Positions 20,275-26,920 of a DNA stretch of 26,920 nucleotides are shown piece by piece. The first letter of the stretch is position 1; the number at the start of each line of letters is the position of its first letter. The position numbers and the translations under genes are program-made. A model generated the notes under the pieces. The model saw only the letters and a program-made list of their open reading frames with translations. It ran no database searches and had not been told where the DNA came from. Origin of the DNA: Octopus sinensis (taxonomy: Eukaryota); NCBI RefSeq assembly GCF_006345805.1, contig NW_021834105.1:1-26920 (forward strand), given 5' to 3'.

Positions 20275-20680
20275 CTAGCTCGGCAGCTCGCTTCGCTCAC
20301 CGCGACCTAGCTCCTGCGGAGGGCCTGTTTCATCAAACAACTATAAGTTTATGTAGATGTATAAAACTACCTGGTTTAATGTAACCCTATTCTATCGCCT
20401 GTTGATAAACGATGTTTGTCGTCCGTCCTTCCTTGGCATATATGAATAAATTTTCTCTTCTGCCTACCTTCGAGCATCCCACATACAGCTGTCCATGTGA
20501 AAAGCACTCATTCTCTAAAAATAACCCAACTACCTTTAATGACTGTCACTGGGCCTTGTTTATTGTCATTGCAAAACTCATCCTCAAAGGAAATTGCAGC
20601 CTTTTAAATCTAAATGGTAATTCATCAGAAATTATCGGAATTCGTGGAATATAAACATCCTCACCTCTATACTTAATTAA
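20275..20680 (-). mobile_element. Helitron 3' remnant: PIF1-like helicase C-terminus plus 3' hairpin and CTAG end
   Basis: Minus frame [13 protein letters not shown]...[28 protein letters not shown]...CFSHGQLYVGCSKVG...TNIVY ends at TAG 20387-20389. An imperfect GC-rich hairpin (GCGGTGAGC-GAA-GCGAGCTGC) and a CTAG|T terminus at 20275 follow. Confidence 0.9.
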
Positions 20681-20722
20681 TTACCTTAAGGTGCCCGTTT
20701 TTTCTTCAGCTTCGTTTTTCTT

Positions 20723-20939
20723 CCTTCGGTTATCTATTTAAAAAATATTTTTGAATAATAAAAAATATTAGGAAAAAAGAGGCATACAGAAAATAAATTC
20801 TATCTTTACGACGAAAAACTTATTTTCTTAAGGTCGTCTTCCCTCCTTCGGTTATCTATTGAAAAAATTATTTTTGAATAATAAAAAAGTTTAGGAAAAG
20901 ATACATACCGAAAATAAATTCTATCTTTACGAAAAACTT
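20723..20939 (+). repeat. Imperfect tandem duplication, period about 122 bp
   Basis: CCTTCGGTTATCTATT...TTTTTGAATAATAAAAAA...GAAAATAAATTCTATCTTTACG occurs at about 20723-20821 and 20845-20939. Confidence 0.85.
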
Positions 20940-20983
20940 AACTAAATAGTAAATATTTTTACGCAAATTCTTCAGATTGCGCT

Positions 20984-21142
20984 GTCAATTGGTGGTAAAT
21001 TGTGTTAATGATTGTGCTAATGTGGTTTCAACTATCAAAGTGTTTTTCAAAATCTGTTAATTGCACACTCTATTCAAGGTCATGCGTCAATTGGTGGTAA
21101 ATTGTGTTAATGATTGTGCTAATGTGGTTTCAACTATCAAAG
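20984..21142 (+). repeat. Perfect 57-bp direct repeat (20984-21040 and 21086-21142), 45-bp spacer
   Basis: GTCAATTGGTGGTAAATTGTGTTAATGATTGTGCTAATGTGGTTTCAACTATCAAAG is identical in both copies. Confidence 0.95.
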
Positions 21143-23568
21143 CATCACGGAAAAATCCCCCCAGTGGTTCAAAACCCAAGTTAGTCGTAAACTCATGGAT
21201 GGCGACATCCGTGCGGCAGTTCGGGTCCTTTCGTCCGCTGATTCACTTGCTGAATCTACTGCCGAGACTTTGGAACACCTCAAAAACAAACATCCGATGC
21301 CCCCAGATGACTTACGGGAGTTTCCCACACGAGACAATGCAATTATACTGTCAATTTCTGATGATGAATTTTGGAAGGGATTAAATCTTTCAGACCGAGT
21401 AGCAGTGGGGGATTTGATGGTCTCCGGCCGAGTCATATAAAGGACATGATTTCCCGATTGACTATGGAGACTGGAATCCGCCTGATCAAGTGTATTACCA
21501 AGCTTGTCGAACGGATTGTCAATGCTGAGATTTCAGGCTTTGCAAGGGATCTACTTTTCTGTTCACACCTTATTGCTTTCCGAAAGAACGATGGAGGAGT
21601 CCGCCCCATTGCAGTCGGTAATGTCTTCCGGAGGCTCGCATGCAAAATTGCAGCCCGAAGAGTCTGTCCCCGTGTTGCCGCTGAATTATCTCCAGTCCAA
21701 CTGGGAGTTGGTGTTTCCAACGGATGTGAAGCTGCTGTCCACGCGACAAGAGCTTTTTTTTCACCTGACACAAGACATTCCCCAAATTCCTTTGCGGTGA
21801 AGCTGGATATCTCAAACGCGTTCAACAGTCTGAGAAGGGACTGTATGCTGGAATCGTGCTCGCAGCGTACCCCAGAGATCATGAGTCTGGCTCACCTTGC
21901 TTACGGGTCCGAAAGTTCGCTTGTCTTTGACAAACACATTGTCCGTTCACGGACTGGAGTCCAACAAGGTGACCCTCTTGGGCCCTTACTATTCGCTCTG
22001 TCAATCGACGAGGTGGCTCGTAATGTAAAGACACCTCTCAACCTTTGGTACCTTGACGATGCCACTATTGGTGGCCCTGTTGATTTTGTCTTGGATGAGC
22101 TATATAAAATTGTTCCTGCCCTGGCAAAAATGGGGCTGATAATCAACACCAAAAAAACTGAGATCATAAATATCTCAGTCCCAATTCAAGACTTTGGCTT
22201 AGTAATGGAAAAGATTTCAGAAATCTTGCCAGACACAAAACAAACACGCCTCAACGATGTTTATTTTCTTGGGTGTCCTTTCGGAGAGTCCGAAGTGCAA
22301 AACCACCTCAGAGCTAAGAGTGTCGAAATGTCCCGTTTTACTGAACGCCTCTCTCTACTCGACTCCCACACGGCCTTTTTCCTCCTCAAAAATTGCATCC
22401 ACGTGCCCAAACTGTATATTTATTGAGATGCTCGCCCTGCTTTATACAAGATGAAATATTGCATTCTATCGATGATACGTTAAGATTGTGTGCCGAGTGG
22501 ATCCTAAATGTCCGTTTCGATAATGACGGGTGGACCCAGTGTAAACTACCTCTTAATTCTGGCGGAGCTGGCCTAAGATCCGCCCTGGACCTTGCCCTCC
22601 CAGCTTTCCTGTCCTCTCACTCATCCTGCCGAAGGCTATCCTTGGAGATTCTACATAAATCCCCCGAATCTTCTTTGGACAGGCCTTTTGAAGATGGATG
22701 TATGCTGTGGAAGGAATCAGGATTAAAATTCCCGATCCAAACATCACTCCAACAGAGCTGGGACAAATTACGCTGCGAATTCACCGCAGACAACCTGGCA
22801 ATGAGGCTCGACCAGCACCGCCTCGCCTGCTTACGCTCTGCAGCTGTGCCACACAGTGGGTCATGGCTGAATGCTATGCCAATTGCTGGCCTCGGAACAT
22901 TATTAGAGGATGACTGCATGCGTATCGGTACTGCACTGAGACTCGGACTTGACATCTGCGAGCAACATCGTTGCAGATGTGGAAAAATGGTTGACGTCAA
23001 AGGTGTACACCCACTCTCTTGCAAACGAAGTGCTGGCCGAGCTCCTCGGCACTCCGCTATTAACAATGTTATCTTAAGAGCCCTTGAGTCGGCGGGCTTC
23101 CCCTCGATCCTAGAGCCAGTGGGCTTGGATCGTGGTGATGGGAAAAGACCCGATGGAATGACCACTTTTCCCTACTCCTGTGGAAAATCGTTGGTTTGGG
23201 ATTCAACGTGTGTTGACACCCATTCCAAAACTAATATGATCTCTTCTGCTGTCTCTCCAGGTTCTGCAGCAGATGCTGCAGAGCAAAGAAAAATTGCCAA
23301 ATACGCAAATCTTGGACAACGGTACCGCTTCGTACCTATCGCTGTGGAGACTTCTGGGGTAACCGGCCCTCTTACGACTTCTTTCATCAGAGAAGTCGGA
23401 GGAAAAGTTGCTAGGCGACGTGGGGAGCCTCGAGAAGTGTCATGGTTATTCCAACAAATTGGAATAGCTGTCGTTCGCGGCAATGCACACTCCATCATGC
23501 GTGCAACCGCAAGTGCCTTTTAATCATTGACTAACTTATTTCATTTAAAAAAAAAAAAAAAAAAAAAA
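21143..23568 (+). mobile_element. CRE-clade non-LTR retrotransposon (RT plus RLE), 5'-truncated, with 22-nt poly(A) at 23547-23568
   Basis: KLMDGDIRAAVR; RT motifs GGVRPIAVG, QLGVG, KLDISNAFN, GVQQGDPLGPLLF, WYLDD; CCHC knuckle CRC...HPLSC; RLE motifs RH, KRPDG, WDSTCVD, KY, PIAVETSG, QQIGIAVVRGNA. Split into three ORFs by 1-nt losses near 21368 and 22410. Confidence 0.93.
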
Positions 23569-23749
23569 TTTTAGTAGATTAAAAAAATTTGATTAAAATT
23601 TTGATTTTTTTTATTTTGTTTATTCAACTGTATTACAATATTGACATTAAGTTAAGCTTCAAGGTCACGTCAGGTATCACGCGGCCCATAGGCATCACGC
23701 AAACCATGTCACATAATATTTCATCTGAAAATTGTGAATCTGTTTTGAA

Positions 23750-23935
23750 AAACATCACAAAGCAGGCGAGAAAATGAAGAACAAAAGAAAATGGAGCCAC
23801 GATGAAGAAAATATAAATATCGGAGATTCTGTCATTATTAAACATGACATCGATGCTAATACCAACAATAGAAGGCTTCCCTTATTTGATAATGTCGATA
23901 CAACAAAATATAAAATTATCGAAGAAAATAATTAC
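23750..23935 (+). pseudogene. Ginger/gypsy-like integrase C-terminal fragment
   Basis: NINIGDSVIIKHDIDANTNNRRLP parallels FEIGNEVRILKDCRTNP of the spliced 14853-15558 copy. Confidence 0.5.
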
Positions 23936-23955
23936 AACAAAAATTTTGCTATTTT

Positions 23956-23967
23956 TTGGTTGCCCTA
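23956..23967 (-). repeat. Solo right terminus of the TAGGGCAACCAA hAT family
   Basis: TTGGTTGCCCTA is identical to 26161-26172 and is preceded by a similar TGC(T/A)ATTTTTT subterminal motif. Confidence 0.65.
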
Positions 23968-24346
23968 CTAATAATGCAATTATTGGTTTTTTCTGGAAAT
24001 ATGGGCGTATTTAATGCAATGAAAGCGCAGATTCGTCGTTTTTATGCTTATTTTTCAAATTTATTTGTTTTTAGACTGTCTTGTAATGTAGGCCCAGTGA
24101 TTTTGATAAACTTCATCGAAAAATTCCTGTCAGCATTCACACTTCCATACCAATTATCGGCATATTTAAATTCTTGTAATATTTTTAGATTGTAATTTTT
24201 GTATGTGTGTACAATGGAGAGATTTATACGTTTGAAATATATCCCTTCTTTATAATAGACAATACAAATTTCGTTTCAACAATCGGGTCTGGAGGAGACA
24301 CAGCATTCGATTGGATAACCACACAGTATTTTTTAATAATTATGAC

Positions 24347-26172
24347 TAGGGCAACCAATTGCAATTTTTTGCAATTAAATATAATTTAATTAAAATTCGA
24401 TAAATAATAAAGTAATGAATAGACATTAATTTTAATTATATTTTTATTCGATTTAAATTTGCAATTTTTTGCAATTTTTTGTAGTCATTTTACAATTTTT
24501 TGCAATTTTTTAATATTAAAAAATAATATAATTATAAGTAAAAGATTATTAAAACGTGTTTTAGTTGTTTGTTGTAATGGGTAAAAGGACAGTGTCACAG
24601 AAAATTTCATTTTATGCAAAGAAATTCCCCGAGTTTGTTATTGACAGTGAAGGGAATTTATTTTGCTCCAATTGCTCAACTGTTGTACGGTGTGACACAA
24701 AATTTTTTGTTGATGCGCACCGTTCTTCAAAAAAACATTAAAAGCACACAGTATTTCTTTGAATTTAAATTTATAGAATGGACAAATTCATCTCAGAGTT
24801 CACAAACATTTCTTTCGGCGATAACGGATACTCGAAAGGATTGGGGGATCAAAGTAACACAAGCGTTTTTGGAGGCAAACATACCAATTTATAAAATCAG
24901 ACATCCTTCCCTCATACGGCTTTTTGAGCAGGAAACATATCCTTTGCCATCTGAATCATCTTGCAGGTTAAATGTTAAAGAAATATCAAAATATAAAATT
25001 AATACCATTCAGACTCATTTACTGTTGTTTTTTTAAGTTATTCAATAGTGGGGAATGTGTTTTTTTTGTTTGTGATGAAGCCCAAATCAATGGAACTCGT
25101 TTTTTAATTACTTTGATTGGGAAAATCTCCACTCCAAAAAATCTTCATTTAGTATCGTGTACCAATCTATATTATCCGCCTACTACTTCAACAATTTGTG
25201 TTGAGGTGGACAAAGTAATAAAGAAATTTTCTATTGAACGTGAAAATTTTATATTATTCGTTACAGATGGGGCGAGATATATGACCAGTGGTATATATAA
25301 ATAAATTTAATTTTAGCTGGGGCATCAATGAAATTGATATACCAAAATCTTTTCCACGTGACTTGCGTGTCACATTTATTGCACAACTGTGCTCTAAAGA
25401 TTAAGGCATACTTCGCAGATGTTGATGAATTGATTTCGTCTATAAAGGCTGCCACAGTCAAAAACAAGAGACGTTTGGAGATGTTTTCACGAATCGGAAA
25501 TCCACCCGAAGTTGTGGTTACAAGATGGGGAAGCTGGCTAAAAGCAGCAAAATATTACTCCCAGAATCTTCCAGAAATTATTAAAATCGTATCTGAATTT
25601 GAAGGAGATGGAGTTTTAATACAAAATGTTTTAGTTTTTAATTATTTTAGGCAAAAAAATCAGTGAATAATCCTACGTTGTTTCCAAGCTTAACCCAAAT
25701 CAGTTCAAATTATTTGGGATTAATTGAAATGATTTCAAATACTGAATTGCTTGATTACTCCATTGCAACAGCTTATGGTGATCTAAACACCCTAGACTTT
25801 ACATCAGATCCATGCGACATAAAATCCTATATATCAAAAAAGCTTGAGAAATCAGGAATACTAAGTATTCTTGAATTCTCAAATAAGAATCTATCGCCAG
25901 AAGTTTATTCACATCTCAGAAAATGTAGCGCAAGTTCAGCATCTATCGAAAGGGCAATATCTCTTTTGACGAAAATTCTTAGTAAAGAGAGGAACTTTAA
26001 ACCTGAAAATGTTCAGGAATATTTGATTTCCTATTACAATAAATAATTTCGTTAATTTTTTGCATAATGTAATGTTTACAATTAAAAAAATTATTTTTGC
26101 AATTTTTTACAATTTTTAAAATTCATTTTTGCAATTTTTTTTATTAAAAAGTGCAATTTTTTGGTTGCCCTA
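24347..26172 (+). mobile_element. hAT DNA transposon (CGGBP1-like zinc finger plus DDE), full-length
   Basis: Perfect 12-bp TIR TAGGGCAACCAA, perfect 8-bp TSD ATTATGAC (24339-24346, 26173-26180), and subterminal TGCAATTTTT repeats at both ends. Confidence 0.95.
24577..26046 (+). pseudogene. hAT transposase with micro-introns (24751-24776, 25291-25316, 25628-25650; possible degenerate 25013-25037)
   Basis: Zinc finger LFCSNC...DAHRSSKKH, EANIP, CDE, VTDGARYMTS|AGASMK, HVTCVSHLLHNC, TRWGSWL, GVLIQN|AKKSVNNP, SASIER. The introns join ORF-track pieces in frame; one extra 1-nt loss is needed near 24739. Confidence 0.85.
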
Positions 26173-26508
26173 ATTATGACCAATTATTCTGGAATATACA
26201 CTACGCAAAATGAGGCCATTGGAATAGCTCACGATGCGATTTAAGAAGCCGCAAAGACTGATCGACGAACAGGAGGATCTTCCCATAGTATATTTTGATA
26301 AATAATATTTTAGTTTCCACAATATCTGTTAATGGGATAAGTTTAGTGGCGTTATCTCCACTCTTCTAACATGTATTGCTCCTAATCTTCATCATTTTAT
26401 TATTTTAAAACACTTACCTTAAATTATTGAAAAAATACTATAAATTTTTGAAAAATGACTCACGTCTGGACTGTTACAATTATAAGATCCAAATACCACA
26501 AAAAGTAT

Positions 26509-26621
26509 AAATAAGTAAAAAAGGAGATTAAAAAAACAAAATCGAAAAATATCACAAAAATTATAAATAGAAATAAGTAAAAAAAGGAGATTAAAGGAAT
26601 AAAATCGAAAAATATCACAAA
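26509..26621 (+). repeat. Imperfect AT-rich tandem duplication, period about 62 bp
   Basis: AAATAAGTAAAAAAGGAGATTAAA...AAAATCGAAAAATATCACAAA occurs twice. Confidence 0.75.
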
Positions 26622-26920
26622 GATGATGAACTTTCAGATAATTAAATCATTAAAAGAAAATACATCTTGAATTACTCCTTCTGAATCCAATTAAGATAAA
26701 AAAATAAAGTGTAGCAAATAATTAAGAGAGCACCACAAATTAAATCAACAGCGTGTTCACACGTTGCTTAATTTATTAGGTATTAGGTTTACCATTTTAA
26801 AATTAAGATAATTAATAATAATTAATGAAAAAAACTTTATTTTTATTACAAAAAAGTTTTGAATGTCAGTAATTCTCACCTTTAGAAAGAGCAAGGATCC
26901 AATAATAACCAGATTATTGA

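Larger units (their letters stand above)
23968..26298 (+). pseudogene. Divergent proteasome-beta-like (Ntn hydrolase fold) gene interrupted by the hAT at 24347-26172
   Basis: Removing the hAT and one TSD copy fuses in frame ...FVSTIGSGGDTAFDWITTQYFLIIMT|NYSGIYTTQNEAIGIAHDAI*EAAKTDRRTGG. Upstream LPYQLS|IVIFVCVYNGEIYTFEIYP joins via a candidate GC-AG 29-nt intron (24160-24188). The pattern PY..IxxG..GxxLYxIDP..GSG..EA..A..AI..A..D..SGG is characteristic of beta subunits. Confidence 0.55.

Noticed and set aside
20272-20310. ACTAGCTCGGCAGCTCGCTTCGC as a plus-strand Helentron/DINE-like 5' end
   Set aside because: Better explained as the reverse complement of a Helitron 3' end, since the helicase C-terminus lies just upstream on the minus strand.
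21360-22426. Programmed ribosomal frameshifting between the CRE ORFs
   Set aside because: CRE elements encode a single ORF, the breaks are single-base losses inside conserved motifs, and no slippery heptamer is present.
14868-25650. Introner-like common origin of the TE micro-introns
   Set aside because: They share only GT, TAG and AT-richness; no mutual similarity, TIRs or TSDs are visible.
26509-26621. 62-bp AT-rich duplication as a functional element
   Set aside because: Low complexity, two imperfect copies and no associated coding or terminal signature.
1-26920. Prokaryotic origin, CRISPR array or operon structure
   Set aside because: Spliceosomal introns, BRE1, an A34 tRNA without CCA and eukaryotic TE families all indicate a eukaryote. 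No regularly spaced repeat-spacer array exists; the direct repeats occur only twice each.

Overview
AT-rich eukaryotic genomic DNA. The BRE1 protein looks metazoan, and every inferred GT-AG intron is only about 23-35 nt, which suggests a reduced parasitic animal such as a myxozoan, dicyemid or orthonectid (inference). Host genes: a BRE1/RNF20-40 E3 ligase (9012-11739, minus strand, about 12 micro-introns, two apparent compensating 1-nt frameshifts), a tRNA-Ile(AAT), and a probable proteasome-beta-like pseudogene split by a hAT insertion. Most of the rest is nested transposons: one intact Tc1-like element (DD35E, perfect 67-bp TIRs, TA TSD), two hAT elements plus fragments, five CRE-type RLE retrotransposon pieces (one long copy with a 22-nt poly(A)), two degraded APE/RT LINEs, a Helitron 3' end and several Ginger/gypsy-like integrase fragments. 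Most notable: the integrase and one hAT transposase carry host-sized 23-26-nt spliceosomal introns whose removal restores conserved motifs, so the ORF track misses these genes. All family assignments come from motif recognition and remembered homolog sequences; no searches were run.
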